Source of the DNA: Paraspadella gotoi
Taxonomy: Eukaryota; Animalia; Chaetognatha
Length of the DNA: 64,000 nt
Direction of reading: 5' to 3'
NCBI GenBank assembly: GCA_051294375.1
Contig: CM119268.1
Span: 16,373,074 to 16,437,073 of the forward strand
Part shown: positions 12,862-28,337 of the stretch, piece after piece
Numbering within the stretch: position 1 is the first letter of the stretch
Layout of the letters: each line of letters opens with the position of its first letter
Position numbers and translations under genes: made by a program
Notes under the pieces: generated by a model
The model's input: only the letters and a program-made list of their open reading frames with translations
Database searches by the model: none
Told to the model about the DNA's origin: nothing

Positions 12862-15859
12862 CAATCCCATCTGCACACCATACTCGTGCTCCAAACCCCT
12901 AAGGCAGCACACGCTACGCCCGGCGGCCGATAGCTCTCAAAAGGGTAGTGCTTCCACTTCCGCGCCACAGTAACCGGCCAAGGCTGTCGCCGTCGCAAAA
13001 GGTTAGGTTATTGCGCCTTTTATACTTATTTTTACAAGCGTACAAACTGCGTAAAAAACTTAATTTTCTTTAGCCTGCCCCACCATCTCGGGCTCCTAGA
13101 CAAACTAATTTAACATTCAGTCTGTGCGAACGGGCCCGCCCTCCCCACAGTCGAGCGTCTCAGCAAACACCACCGCACGTCTCGCGCGCGACTGAAAACA
13201 TTGGCCACTCCCCGGCTGCCCCCTCCTCTAAAAAAAGAACGTTAGACAAAATATAAAAGATTTACGAAAGAATAAGCCATTAGTAAAGCCAATTAAATTT
13301 ATTCTTTCTTTCTTCCCGAGGGGACCGGCACGACTCTTGCCCGATTACAACCAAGAATGGCCCAAGGTTAATAAGATTATTTAAACGTGACTTGAATTAA
13401 GATGGATGATAATAATAAAAAAGATTTGATTCAAATATTGTTTTAGCTGCCAGTGTAAGCGAAGTTTGTCACCATCCGATTTCTTTGAAGAAGGGAGAGC
13501 CGAAGGACTCCTTCGGTCCCCCTCCCCCCTCCTCCGCGCCTCCCCCCCGCGGCCTCCGTCTCCGCGCTCTCTCTCGCGCTCCCCCCCTCCCGTCTGCTCC
13601 CCCCTCCGTTCTGGGTCCCCCTCGCTTCTGGTCCCGTCCTTGCTTTTCCCCCGTCCCTGCTTTTTTTTCGCCGCGTCCGCTCTTTTTTACCGCCCCCCGT
13701 CCTCTGTTGTTGTCATCTCAAGTTAAATATATGACAAATACGTTCAAACATCTCTTTCCTCCGTTCTTCCTGCTCGAAATAAACCCCAATTAAAAAATAC
13801 TTTTTTTGGTCCGATGTTAAGGCACATTACATCATATATTTATTTTGTTAAAATATTTTGGTTTCTTTTTTTTTTTATTTTTTTTTTTTAAGTTATTGTG
13901 TTGTCCGTGATTTGTTTCGTTATATTGTATGAGTTGTGTCGACCGGATTTTTAGTTTCGTTTTGCGGGCTGGGATCAAAGGGGAAATCACGGTGACGATT
14001 GGATTCGAAACGTAAAATGGGAGGCGGAAGTATATTTCTGCCGAATTTTGAACCCTATCTGAAATGAACATACATGGGGCGCGCTACAGATATTCGAGGG
14101 CGCTGAGCGTGGTGCTTCCCCGCGCTCGAGAAAGACTCGAAGTCTGTTTCCGCGGCGTCGCGCGGGGCGTGGGTATGTTAAGCACGAATCCGTGAGCCTG
14201 GGGAGGGAAAAATTGAAGACAGAATGAAGTTTTGGGGATGTGGGTGGGAAACCTCGATATTTTCGCAACGGGTGAGAGACTAAGGACGGGAGGGAAATGG
14301 AATTGAAATGTTGTGCCAGCTCTTTTTCGCAAACCGCTTTTCAGAGCTTGATTAATCCCTCTCCATTTTTCCCCGTCCACGTTCGTTGATTGAAATTTTA
14401 CAATGTATTCTGTTTTAAATTCGTTCACATGTAATTATATAGACGAGATATATAATACACTTCTTTTTTTTTTTTTTTTTTTTTTTTTTGTTGCCTCTCT
14501 TTTCTGTTCTCTTCCTCTTTATTCTTTGTTTTCTTTTTGTTTTGTTTCGTTTTTTCTTTTTGCTCTCCCTCTTTCTTATCTGTTCTTTCTTTTCTTCCCC
14601 CTCTTTCCCCCTTCTCGTCCTCGTAATCTTCTTTCTCTTATTCTCTTCACTAATCCTCATCCTGCCCCGTCCCTCTCCTTTTTGATCTTTCTTCTCTTCA
14701 CTCTTTCCCCCGCTTCTCCTGCGCTCATTTTCCTCCCTCGTTTCTCTTTCTCATCGTCTCTCATCGCCTCCTAAGAGGTCGTCTTTTCGCCCGTCCCTCT
14801 TTTCCCCCTCCGTCGGCTTTCCCCCTCTCTCTAGCGCGCCCTCTGCTCTAGTCCCCTCTCTCTAGTCCCGCCCTCTGGGTCCTCCTCCTCTCTCGCATCG
14901 CTGCTCAGGTCTCTCAGTCTCTCTCTCCTTCCTCTCCATTTTCATTCTCTCTTTCTCCTCATTCTCCGCTAGCTTCGTGTATCTCCCTCCCTGTAGTTCT
15001 AGATGACAGGATCTTTTATAAAATACTCATTATCTGACGAGGGAAAATCTCTTTTTTTTTTGTCCTTAAATACAACCTCCAAAAAACAAAATTAAAGCAT
15101 TTTTTTATATGTATGTTTTAGAATTAATTTCAATTTTTTTAGAAAATTACTGAATAAAAAAAAATGAAGAACAGAACAAATAATCGTTTAAGTTGTTTTT
15201 CTTCCTCCTTTTCCGCTTTTATAACTCAATTTTCTTTTCAGGTCAAATAATAAAAGCTAATTTTTTTCTCCTCAAATTCAAAAAAAATCAATCCCGATAT
15301 TTTTCCGGATTAAATCCAGGTTTCGCGAAAATCGCCCTTGGATTTCTTTCCTCTTTTTCGGCGCAAAAATTATTAATTTTTATGAATATTTTTTCCTCTT
15401 TTTTATTTCCGAATTGAAAATGTGAAGTTTATCTTGGTTCTCTCATCGGAACTCGTCGTAGGAGGGCCTGTCTGGTGGTGAGCGGGCAGGTGGGAAGAGG
15501 GTGCCTGTTGGCGAAATGGGGGTTTACCAGGGGGGGTTAGGTGGCAGCGTGGTGGAGGTCTGATCGTGGAGTACTGGATAACCTTATTCTATAAATGGCG
15601 TATTGTTCCAAAATCTCATTAAAGTTAATAATTTCTCACGAACTAATTGTAAGAACAATTAGTAAATCTGTACGACGTGTAAAACATACAACATTTAAAA
15701 CTGGTTTTATTAAAAGAGAATTTCTTAGTTTTGTAGTGGAGTTAAAAGTTTTAATAACCATCTGCTAAGTGGGCTAAATTATTTTTTCAGGTCTGGAAAA
15801 TGAAATGGTCGGGAAATATTGAGGACATCACCAAAACAGACGTTATTAACTTTCAGTTT

Positions 15860-15931
<72 letters not shown>

Positions 15932-15949
15932 CGTTTGATTTGTTTATGC

Positions 15950-16110
15950 ATGAGTAATATTTTTTGAAATTTTTCCCAAAAAAATCCGGCAAAATTTAAT
16001 GAAGCGAAGTAAAAATTGGGGGGAGAGACTGAGAGATGAAAGGGGAGAGGAGATTAGAGGACGAAAAGAAATAATATCGAGAATATAAAGAATGACAAAA
16101 ATATACTACA

Positions 16111-16186
<76 letters not shown>

Positions 16187-18245
16187 AAAAAAAACCAAAA
16201 AAAGAAAAAGAAAAACGGATGAAATGATTTCTATCTCCAAAAAATTCGGCACTAATAAAGGATATGATGTTTGGAGCCAATCAAAGCGAAAGAGGCAAAC
16301 TACAGATTTAACAAAGTGATAAACTTAAGATTTAACATCTTTTTAAATCTTAAAATCTTTCTCTTTTTTTTTCTTTAGAAAAAAATGCAAGAGTGATTAT
16401 GGAGATTTCAAAATTTTAAAGATTCAAAAAAAAAAGGAAGAAAAAAAAAGGGTGAGAGAAAATTTTATAAAAACTTTTTCGTTTTTGTGTCAAAAGCGAA
16501 AAAAAAGGAAAAAAATGGGGGGGGGAGGGTGAGAATGGGAGAAGAGAAAGATGAGGGAAGAGGAAGAGGAATAAGCAGGAGGAGGAAGAAGAGGAGGAGA
16601 ACGAGAAATGAAGAGAAAAAAAAATTGCAATTATTTCTCATTTCATTTCCTTTCTGATGCCAGACGAAGATGAGTGAGGGAGAGAAAATAGATGCGCTGA
16701 TTTCACTTTCATCTTCTCTTTCTTTTTTTCTAAATTATACATTCACATTATTTTTTTTTAAGTTAGTTTTATATAATTCAAACATAAAACATAACTTATT
16801 TCTAATCCCGCTCTGCAGTCTCTCCCCGCATTCCAACAATAATCTTTCAAACCCCCTTCCTCCTCTTTCCCCATTCCTCCTCCTCCTCTTCCTCATCCTC
16901 CTCTTCCCCGCCATCCCCATGCCGCGCCTCGATCCCACGAACACGGGTTCCTGCTGTTTCATTTATGATTATTCCATTTCCTGGTTATTGCTTCTTTTCC
17001 TTCCTTAGAGGCGAAGCTAGAAGGGGAGAGAGAGCGAAAAGGACGCTAGATTTGATTTAACTGCATAGAGTAAATCAATTTTTTGAATTTTTTCCACAAA
17101 AAATCCGGCAAAATATTATGAGACCGAAGTAAAAATTGGGGGAAGATGACTGAAATAGATAAAGGGGTAGAGGAGATTAGATACGAAAAAAAGAAATCAT
17201 AACGAGAAATTAAGAATGCCAATCTATTCTACAGAAAGAACAGAGAAAGAAAGAAACGAAAGAAAAAAGAAGAAAGAAAGAAAGAAACGAAAGAAAGAAA
17301 GGAAGAAAGAAAGAAAAAAAAACCAAAACAGAAAGAAAACGGATGAAATAATTATCTATCTCCAAAACATTCGGCACTAAATAAAAGGCAATAAATGTTT
17401 CGCAGCCAAATCAAGACGAACAGAGCAGCAGCAAACTACAGAGATACAAGTATAACACTCTAAAAGATTTAACATCTTTTTAAATATCTCTAAATCTTCA
17501 TCTTTCTTTTTCTTATAGAAAAAATGCAAAAGAGTGATATTACTGAGATTATCAAATTTAATGGAATCACAAAACAAGGACAGACAGCGGATCGAGAGAA
17601 AAGTTTTAAATATACTTCTATTACGTATTTGATAGTCAATAAAAGCGGGAGAAAAAAGGACATAATATGGGGGGGGAGAAGGGAGAGAATGAGAGGAGAT
17701 AAGAAGAAAGATGAGGAACTAAGAGGAAAAGAAAGAACTATAAAGCGGGAGAGGAAAGCAAGAACAGAGAGAGACGAGAAAGAAGAGAAAAAAAATTTGC
17801 AATTATTCTCATTTCATTTCTTTTCTGATAGATGGTACCGGTGAGGAGGCGGGAGAGAAGATGAGTGAGGGAGAGAAAAATAGATGCGCTGATTCACTTC
17901 AATCTTCTCTTATCTTTTTTTCTAAAATTATAACATTCACATTATTTTTTTTAGTTAGTTTTATATAATTCAAAACTAAAACATAACTTATTTTTCTAAT
18001 CCCGCTCTGCAGTCTACTCCGCCCGCATTCCATAACAATAATCTTTCAACCCGCTTCCTCTCTTTCCCCATTCCCTCTCCTCCTCTTTCTCATCCGTCAT
18101 CTCTTCCCCGCCATCCCCATGCCGCCGCCTCGGGATTCCCACTGAACCCTGGGTTCCTGCTGTTCATTTATGATTTATTCCATTTCCTGGTTAATTGCTT
18201 CTTTTCCTTCCTCTTAGAGGCGAAGCTAGAAGTGGAGAGCAGAGC
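15950..18245. repeat. Tandem duplication (~15950-17030 vs ~17045-18245); the second copy looks like an uncorrected long read
   Basis: Colinear, with dense single-base insertions in the second copy. Confidence 0.85.
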
Positions 18246-18803
18246 GAGGAGTTTGAAGATGTTATGACTCTCTCTCTCTCTCTCTTCTCTTCTCTCTCCT
18301 CTCTCTCCTCTCTCTCTCATCTCTCTCTCTCTCTCTTGCGGCCTATAAGCACGTATAACGAAATTTTTTTTGTCAAATTTTGAACCTAATTAGCACTTAA
18401 ATTTTTAATAAGATTTTTTATATTTTTTGTTATCAAAAAAAAATTGAATATAAAAATTTAAAAAAACGGTTTTAAAATTTTGAGAGTAAAATGATATAAA
18501 CAAAATAAGTGGACTATTTATTAAAAAATATAAATAATCATATCACTAGTAACATATGTTCGAGATAGAAAGAAAGAAAGAAAGAAATGAAAGGAAGGAA
18601 AGAAAAAAAGAAAGAAAGAAAGAAAAGAAAGAAAGAAAGAAAAGAAAGAAAGAGAAAGAGAAGAAGAAAGAAAGAAAGAAAGAAAGAAAGAAGAAAGAAA
18701 GAGAGATTCGGAGGGGGTCTTGGACAGCAACGGCTACGACTTGGGTCAATTCGCGGCCCGCCAGTTAGGTGATGGTGGGGTTTTTTCCCCGGGGTTCTGA
18801 GTA

Positions 18804-18870
<67 letters not shown>

Positions 18871-19187
18871 NNNNNNNNNNNNNNNNNNNNNNNNNAGAGA
18901 GAGAGAGAGAGAGAGAGAGAGAGCTAGACTTTGTGGGCGATCACAGCTGAATAATATGTGGACAAATATGTGCTAACGATAACAGATCTGTCGTAAAATA
19001 TTTTTGTAAAAGTAATAACTTCATCGTGACATATTTTAAGACGTAATCTTATTAAGTTATTAGGTCAAATTTATCCGAAGTGATTGCCTGGTTACAAGCA
19101 GATTGACCGCGGGGGGCTCTTAAGGAAGAAAGAGGCAGAGAGTCCGAAGCCTCGAAGGCCAATGAGAATCAAGTGGTTTTGTTTAAA

Positions 19188-19292
19188 ACGACGACGACGT
19201 AAACGACGACGACGGAGACGACGACGACGGAGACGACGACGGTGACGACGACTGAGACGACGACGGAGACGACGACGGTGACGACGACAACG
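19188..19292. repeat. Degenerate (GAC)n / gacgacgacgga repeat
   Basis: Directly visible. Confidence 0.9.
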
Positions 19293-20301
19293 ACTAAATG
19301 AAGTAAGGTTGAGATTCGTTAAATATCCAATCGATGAAGATACAATTGACAAAGTCTTGTATTAAAAACCCACAGTCGATTTTAATCAATTCACGATTCG
19401 CGAGGCAAAAACTATTACATGCAATGTTAGAGAATTGACAAAGTTTTTGTTTGCAACGAATTTTATTTGCAAACAAAAACTTTGTCAATTCTCTAATTAA
19501 TAGTAACAACGAAAAAGAAAGGATTACTTCAATACATGCAAGGTTAAACGGTTGACAAATTGTACAAATTACAATGAACTGATATATCTGTTTCACGGAA
19601 CCGACTCGTTTTTCTAGTTCAGTCTTCATGAAGAAGAAGAAAGAGATAAATGAGACTTGAACGTCGGCGCCTCTTATCACAAAAAAACGAAAATGTCGCC
19701 CGAGACAAAATCTTTGTCCTCAACGTCTTTGTCGTATGAACTAAATTGACGTCTGACACAAAACCTTTGTCCTCATTGACGTCATTGCAGAGAGAGAGAG
19801 AAAAAAAAGGGATATCGGTCGGAAATTTTTCTCCGCCGCCTTCTGCCTCCAGATGTGGTGAATGTCAAACAAAAGGCAAAGAAGAGGTGAAGTCGACGAA
19901 CGCCTCTCGGTGAACGTTGAAAATATAATATTTGTTCAATTAATTATAATAATTGTTCAATCTTGCGTGAATACAAGAGCGACGCTCATGATTTGGTAGA
20001 TACATTCGACATTTATATTTCTTTAAAAGGATCTAAAATTCGACGTTATTAAAATGATAAAAAAAATATAATAAATAAAATTTCGCTGTCGTTCAATAAT
20101 TGTATATTTTATGTGTTCAATATCCTCAAATGCTAATATCTTTAATCAGTACTTTAGAAATAGGCGAAACTTCGTCTTTTTCTGGAGTCGACTTCATCCC
20201 TAAAAGATTCACTCTGATGAAGGAAACTTGAGACTATTCCATTATTCTAAGGAAGGCTGCACATTTTCATAGAAGAGAGAGAGAGAAAGAGAGAGACGAG
20301 A

Positions 20302-20366
<65 letters not shown>

Positions 20367-20369
20367 GTT

Positions 20370-20405
<36 letters not shown>

Positions 20406-21327
20406 AATAAAACAGAAAGCAAAGAAAGAAAGGAGCAAGCGAAATGTTGACTAAACGAGACCCAAATTATAGTCCAGTGTAGGAAAAGATTAGATTTACT
20501 ATTCTACAATATAAAAAGCTTTTATTAGCTTACTCTTAAGTAGGATGGCAAAGGCCACATGTAATAAGGTGGTCACCAGTTACCTTTAACGGATTTTTTC
20601 ACTTGATTAAAATGAGAAGATGAAAGAATAAAGGGAGCTAATGTAATCATACTTGCAGTCGTCGCAACAAGGAATATGATAAGGATATAATTTATGATAT
20701 CCAAGGATAAAAAGGATAATTCCGACGAAAATCAACAAAGAGAAAGAACATGAGAAAAAGAAAAGAAAGAAAAAAGAAAAGAGGAAAAGAGGAAAAGAGG
20801 AAAAAGAGAGAATGGGCAACGCAAATATCGCGAGATCGCTTTTCACAGGCGAAATATTTAGGGACTCCATATCCGGTGACCCTTTCAGGGAAATCACAAC
20901 AAAACTGTTGACCCTTTTCTCCGTTTTTTTTTATTTTTTCTTTTTGTATTTTTTCCATGTGCTTAAGACTTATTTTTTTTTTTATATGAAGCGTGGGGGG
21001 AAAAGCAAGGGAGAGCCTGGGAGGGCGGGTAAATTTTATGACTATCTTACTTTTGAAATTAAAACTAAAATTGTGTATCATTAAATCGTATAGATTTTAA
21101 TTAGGAGTTTTAAAAATAAAAAAAAATATTCATGATTTTAGAAAAATAAAATTTAAAGAAAAAAAAATGAGTGTATGTTCATTATACAACGTCTGTTCGT
21201 TGTTTCTTATTTGTTGCGTAATCAAATAGAACGTTCGTTGTCATAACTCGTTTATTTTTGTTTCATTCTTTTCTTGAATTACTTAAAACAAAAAGAACAT
21301 CAAAAAAGCCAAAGGAAGATTCTTCTG

Positions 21328-21368
<41 letters not shown>

Positions 21369-22195
21369 CCCCAGTGAGGAAACGCTAAACCACACTCCTC
21401 CTACAATTCTCACACGATATCGCGTCTTTTGTTTACGAATTTCGACTCCTTGTGTCGTCTGTGTTTATTTAGCTGCGTTGTCGTCGTCGCCGTCATCGTC
21501 GTCAAATTAAAGACAAATTCCAAATGTTCAATTTGTTGGATTTTATTTCCTCTTTATATTCTCTGGCGAAATCTCTGCGGTATTTTGTTTCTGAGCTAAG
21601 ATAGCGACTGAAAACGAGAGAACTGTGATGATTTTTAGATGCTATGTATATAAATTGCCAGCAATCGGGATTTTGCAACGAGCCCGTTATTTTTTTTTTT
21701 AATTTTGATGTTTTATCATTGAAATAAGTTAAGATATTTTTCAAGTATCCTTGACACTTTGCATCACGAATAATGTATTATATTACATATATATATATAT
21801 AATGGTATTTTCCTTTTTTCAATATTACTTGAAATCAAAATATGAATAATATTACCATAATATTTTCATAATATTGTCACTCACTCCTTGTTAAATTAGA
21901 TAAATAAAACATTTTTAAAAAAGAAAGTAATATATATTTGTTTAAATAATATAGATTAAATACTAAATCCTTCATAAAATATAAAATTAGAAAATAGGGA
22001 AACAAGTAATTTGCAAATTTTCATATTATATTAAATTAATTATTAATAAATTAATTATTATATTAAATTTGAATTTTTTTAATATTCGTAGGAGATTTCT
22101 GAAACCAAAGTGAAATTGTGACGGATAATTTAGGAAGAGGGCAGAGCGAAGGATTCGCTGAAATCCAACTAATCGAATCAAACGCGCGGTTTCTC

Positions 22196-22244
<49 letters not shown>

Positions 22245-22429
22245 AGCGTTTTCACTCTCTCTCCCTCTTTTTCCAGATTGCGCGCTCGGGGCGGGGAGGC
22301 GGACGGCGGATGAGAGAGGATCAAGTTTCTCCGCTGACGCTTATTCGATTAATGCCGCGCGTCGTTCCAGTTCCGATCACGTGATTGGGTCACGCTGCTT
22401 GCGGCCTCACGTGACTTTGGTGTTGCGTC

Positions 22430-22513
<84 letters not shown>

Positions 22514-22834
22514 AGAGAGACGCTGCAGATCCAGTGGCGTTGGAAACCGTGCCGACAATTTTGATGACTTGCAGATTGACAGGTGAACATTGAAGGTGAA
22601 ATCATTGGATTTTGTGGACATCAGTTAAAGAAAATTATGTTTTTTAATTAGATCGAATATGGAGTTCATGTTTTCTTGTTCTTGTCGATATTTGTTTTGA
22701 GATCACGTGACTCCAGGTCAGGTGACCCTTGCGTCGATAGAGACGCGTGCGTCTTGACGAGGACGGTGAACGGGGGGGGGGCGCAACGACATTTGCACAC
22801 ATGGACGCCGAAGAGTGAGAGTAGAAGAGAGAGT

Positions 22835-22916
<82 letters not shown>

Positions 22917-23795
22917 TTGAAATCGGAGAAGGGAAGCGAAGTTTTCCTCGGCGTTGGCCTTGTGACGTAGTGACGCAGGGACGCACTCAGTGGCGCAGTT
23001 ATGCATTGACGGAGAGACGATGACGTAAGGAAACGCGGAGACGTATGAAGCAGTGAATCGACTCTGGATCAATGAAGTAGTAACTAATGATGTGAATTTG
23101 TGAATTTGTAATTAAAAAAAAAAAAATTGCGTGCACTTTTAAAGATGTGTCAAGCTGTCGATATCCTAGAAAGGGGGCAGACAAAATCTTGCAAGAATTA
23201 AGTACGCCTTCTTGAGTGACGTTTTATTGACTCATAAGTGTCACTTCGTTTGGGCTAAAATAAAGGCCAGTCGGTTCGGTTTTTTCAGTCGACTATATAT
23301 AATCATTTTTATATATTATTATATATGGCGTTGCTACCGGTAATGGTATAATAAAGGTGATTAATTATTTGTTTTTTATAAGGTGTGAAGCAAGTCGAAC
23401 GCGAAAAAAATTCGGAAAAAATGATTGGGTGGTCTGAAAATATTTCGAAAAAAAATTTTTTAGACAGAGTTTGAGAGGTGATTTATATTAAAGCTGTGTT
23501 TTTTAGGAAAAAAAAATTTCCTGAACAAATAAATAATTGTTTTTTTCATTCGATATGAAATTTACGGCTTTTGAGTTGAGACTTTATCAATCTGGATGTA
23601 AAGAAAAAATAATTTGTAGTTTTTCCATCTAATTATCGTCTTGCATAATGATTATCACATCGACAACTTTTTGCCTCAGGATTCTAATCATTATATTCTG
23701 AATGTCATGGTTTTCAAAAAAATTGAGGCTCATTAATTTTGTTTGCAAACGTCCTTTTTTTGTCTCATGGATTAGATTTTAACAACAATCTTCTG

Positions 23796-23903
<108 letters not shown>

Positions 23904-24704
23904 TCCCCAACAAAGAATGGCGAGCCTAATTGGAAGGAAATGTTCCCTTCTGTTGTGAGACGTCGAGAATGAATCGTGGAAAATGAGGCGGCCTCTGTTG
24001 ACTCGCTCCGCCCTTCGTTTATTTATAATCGAGGGGCAGCATCGGGGTTAAAGTTTTCGTCGTAAATGTTTATTTAAAGGATTTGGGGTTTTTTTTTTGT
24101 TGTTTTGAATGAAAGATTTAATTTTGACGTACAACCGTTCCAAGTGATTTAAATTCGAATTATTTTCAAATATAGTTTTTTTCTAGCGACAGACTAAATT
24201 TTTGGTTCGTTTTTTTTAACCAAAAATCGAGTATATTTTACTCAAATATATAATTAAAAACATATATATATATTTATATTATAGAAGTTTTGCTTTTAAA
24301 TCAAGTAAACAAATGAATAATCGTGTTTATATTTTAAGGAATAGAAAGGTGTCATATCATGTAAAATTACATTCTTTTTCTTTCAACAGGACGTGTCTCA
24401 GTAATAGTAAATGACTATCATAAAGTAAACATAAATATAAACACTTGAACTGCCGCGTTCGAAACTATATTGATAATGAGAAATTAGCACTTCTATTTTG
24501 TAAATACTACGTTTTCACGAGAGCATATTTATTTTCTCATCTAAAACTTTTAAGACAAACGTGTTGACGGATTTAGAATCGAAAAAATCATCGAGAAAAA
24601 AATATCTCATATTTTTAATCAAACATAACTCATGACTGACATAAAGAATCGGCATCAGTGACAGATCGTCAGCCACCTATGACAGATCATGACGGTTCGT
24701 TTCG

Positions 24705-24814
<110 letters not shown>

Positions 24815-26235
24815 CTTCTCTCTTGATAATATGATTTTAAAGCTATCTTTAAAAAAAAAATATGGAACAGAAAGGCATAGTTATAGTTATTATGTACTTA
24901 TAAAATTATTACTTTGTTAATCAGTTGCTTTTAGGAAATATAGGGGAGAAATACTTTGAGATTAAATAAAATTCCCAATATTATCAACGTTTAGTCACTT
25001 TAGTGGATGTTTCAAACTTTTTTGTAAATCGATGACGAATTTTCTTCTTGTCCTAACAAACCTGAAAACCCAATCGGTACAATTATGTACGTAGTTTATT
25101 TCGAAGGACGATTAAAACAGAAAAACAAATTAACTTCAAATTTATTAATTGATTTAAAATCGCAGCGAACGATTTTGTTTTTCAAAACGAAGATCGAACG
25201 AGTTCAACGATTTTGATCGAAGCGAAAATAATTTTGAACGAAAAAAAGTGGAAGCGGAAAAAAAAAACCATGAAAGAATCCTCGAACCGTCGCCGTCGGC
25301 CGTCGTCGTTTTTGTCGTCGTCGCTGTCGTCGTCATCATCGTCGCCGCCGTTTTTGGATTCGTCGTTATCGTCGTCGTCTTCGCTGTTGTTATTCGGAGA
25401 TGCGTGCATGCAACCCTCAAATTTACTTTTATAGTTTCTGTTTTTAATAATTTTTCATTATTATTTTTAGTATTTTTGCTCATATTTTAATGATTGCGCT
25501 ATCAATAAAATTGAAAGCAACTTAATAAAAATAGAAAACATCAAAAATCATCACGTGAAACTCGACTCTTTCCCTTTTTTTTTCTTTCAAATATTCCGTC
25601 GCGAATATCATCTGTAGCTAGAGACCATTTTAGTAAGTAGACAGGGATGGACGTCGCGATTTCTCACTTTCTCTCTCTCTTTCTTTGTCGCTCTCTCCCT
25701 CTCTCTTGATTTCTTTGTTTTCACCCTTTCTCTCATTATTTTTTTATCTTTCGGATTCTTTCATCACACGTACGTATGTACTCCACTTACGCCTTTTCAA
25801 CTAATTGTTTATCCTATTATTAAACTCGTGCATACCAACTAGTAATTTCAAGAACCAACCCGGTTCCACTTCTTTCAAATTCTTTCATTCTCTCTCGATT
25901 ACTTTCCAACTTCTTTCCAACTTCTTTCCACTTTCCGCGGCATCGAATCCCCGTAACTGGAGGGAAAAAATCTTGGACACGACAGCCGTTGAATCGCATG
26001 CTGAGAAGATCATAGCGCCGCATTAATAACCGTGTAATGGCGGAAGCGGTGGTGGGGGAAAAGAGGATGGTGAGTAGGACGGAACAGGTTGAAAACTAGA
26101 AGTTCTCTCAAATGAATAAGGGTTAAGTGACTGTTAGAGAATATGAAAAAGACAATAATTTTTGAAATTTATCTTATTGATAAGCGCACGGAAGCATTTA
26201 AAGATTTTTTTTTTCATTTTTCATTTTTTTTAATA

Positions 26236-26457
26236 GATTCAGATAGAGCTTTAAAAGTTAGGTAAAGGTTATTAATACAACTTTTTAAATTTTTTTTGTT
26301 TTATTAATGAAAATTTTTAAAAAACCATAAAATTCAGCCAATGATGATGATGATGATAATTTTTTAAGGTTTTTTATATTTGTAACCAATTTATTGTCCA
26401 ATTTTTAAAAAAAATTAGTACTAACTTTAATTAAACTTTTCAAGCTCTATAAGAATC
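26236..26457. mobile_element. Foldback/MITE-like element
   Basis: gattcagatagagctttaaaagttaggtaaag is an imperfect inverted repeat of ctttaattaaacttttcaagctctataagaatc. Confidence 0.55.
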
Positions 26458-27091
26458 CGTTTTTAAAAAATACAATTTTTAAAAAATATTTTTGTCATTT
26501 GCTTTCGTTTGTTACATGTGATAATCATTTGCTATATATTAATAAGTATTTAAAAGCTTCAGTGAAACAACCCAATGAACTAATTCAAAAAGTTGCATTG
26601 AAAATCGATTTAGTAATAGAAATTTTTTTTAGAGAACAGGAAGATATGCAAAGTGTTCAATTTTGGCCCGCCTTAAAGGTCGGGGTGGTGGTTAAGGGGA
26701 TGAGACGGGGAGCGAAAGGTGGGAAAGTGGGAGGTAACGTTGGTGGGAGGTCAGGGCGATATGCGGAGGGACGGATATGTCGATAAGGCGAGGGAGGAGG
26801 GCGTAGAATAGCGGGTGGGATGAAGACTTTAGGGAGAAGAACAATAGAGATGTGGAAACCCAAATGAAAATCCGGTGAAGTCATCTTTGAGATTGGAGAA
26901 AATACATTCATTATAGTAAGCTCACGAAAAAATGAAAAAAGGCCAAGGAGAAAGAGTATTAGAAAAATAATTTTTACATTTAGATTTTGAAATCAGTTGT
27001 GCTTCAGGATTACAGTGAAAGGACAAAGGGACGGAGTAGGATTGAAACTCGCTTATAACGAACTAACTAACGAATAACTCATAATTCACTG

Positions 27092-27264
27092 TCAGGTACT
27101 CTGGAGATTGAGAGATTGAGAGCTTGCAGGGACCTGCTATGTCATTATCTTGTAAGAGTGATGGAGGCCTTAAACCACCAAAGTCTGTCCAAAGTCAGGG
27201 GCAAGATAGCTTATTTATTAAATGAATGGATAATTTTTATATTCGTAGTACTAATTTCATAATA
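27092..27264 (+). mobile_element. R1 repeat, 5'-truncated copy
   Basis: Matches the 3' part of R1 and ends at the same aatttcataa terminus. Confidence 0.85.
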
Positions 27265-27827
27265 AACTAACTGATAACATCTTTTTCAGTCGAAGTCAAC
27301 TTTCCAGCTTTTTCCAAAGTTTTTCCACTGATGTCGTCTCATGAGAGTCGAGGCGCGTGTCATTAAGTCGAGGAGACGAATTGAATTGTCATGAGTCGTC
27401 AGTAAAAGTCTCCGAAGCCGCCGCAGCAAATGTCATTAATTTCAATTCATCCGGGGAATCAAGATGCGTAAACGACGACGACGACGACAATAACGACGAT
27501 GACAGTGATAACGACAACAAGGTCAGCAGAGACGACGACCAAGAGAAAGACGACGACGCCAACGACGACGGCGTCGACGAAGCCACACGAAACCAAACGA
27601 TCGATTTTACAAGGGACATCAGGCGCCACCAGATACCGTCAGGGGCGGATCTCGCCAGTCAAACCCGTCCCCAAACAATATTCTTTCAAATAATATTAAT
27701 GAGAGAAAGGGAGTCTGGTTGTGCGGGGAAAGAGAGAGAGAGAGAGATAGAGAGAGGAGATCAGAGTATTAATGAAAATTGAAATGCGAACGAGATGACC
27801 ACGATAACGAAAAAGGACCAAAAAATG

Positions 27828-27865
<38 letters not shown>

Positions 27866-27937
27866 ACCAAAGCTCAGCTGAGAAAACTAAGAGAAAAAAG
27901 AACTGAGGAAATTGGGGACGGAGATGGATGAGTAAAT

Positions 27938-28031
<94 letters not shown>

Positions 28032-28189
28032 AGGAAAGGGAAGAGAGAGAGAGAGAGAGAGAGAGAATATAGTCAAGTCGTTGAGGGAAAGGAGGCAGGA
28101 CGTCATGATGGCTGCCGCTCGATCAGTTCATCCATCATTCGAAATGAGAAAAAAGGTAAGAGGAGGAAGGATCATGAAACCGAGGAATA

Positions 28190-28337
28190 CAGGGTGGTGC
28201 CAAATATGAGATACAATTACAACTATCGATTTATTATTTGTTATGATAATAGAAAGTCAGTTTTTTTCAGAGTTTAAAATTGCGACATGAATCTTATTGT
28301 TTACATCATTTTTTTTTAAAGTTACCCTCGCACCCTG
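28190..28337. mobile_element. Tc1/mariner-type MITE (148 bp)
   Basis: ta|cagggtg ... caccctg|ta: terminal inverted repeat with TA target duplication. Confidence 0.7.

Noticed and set aside
13480-15000. GC-rich pyrimidine tracts with Pro/Ser/Phe-rich ORFs
   Set aside because: Low-complexity degenerate (CT)n sequence, possibly noisy reads; no protein signal.
27357-27782. 141-aa Asp-rich ORF
   Set aside because: Driven by (GAC)n repeats; no domain or convincing splice context.
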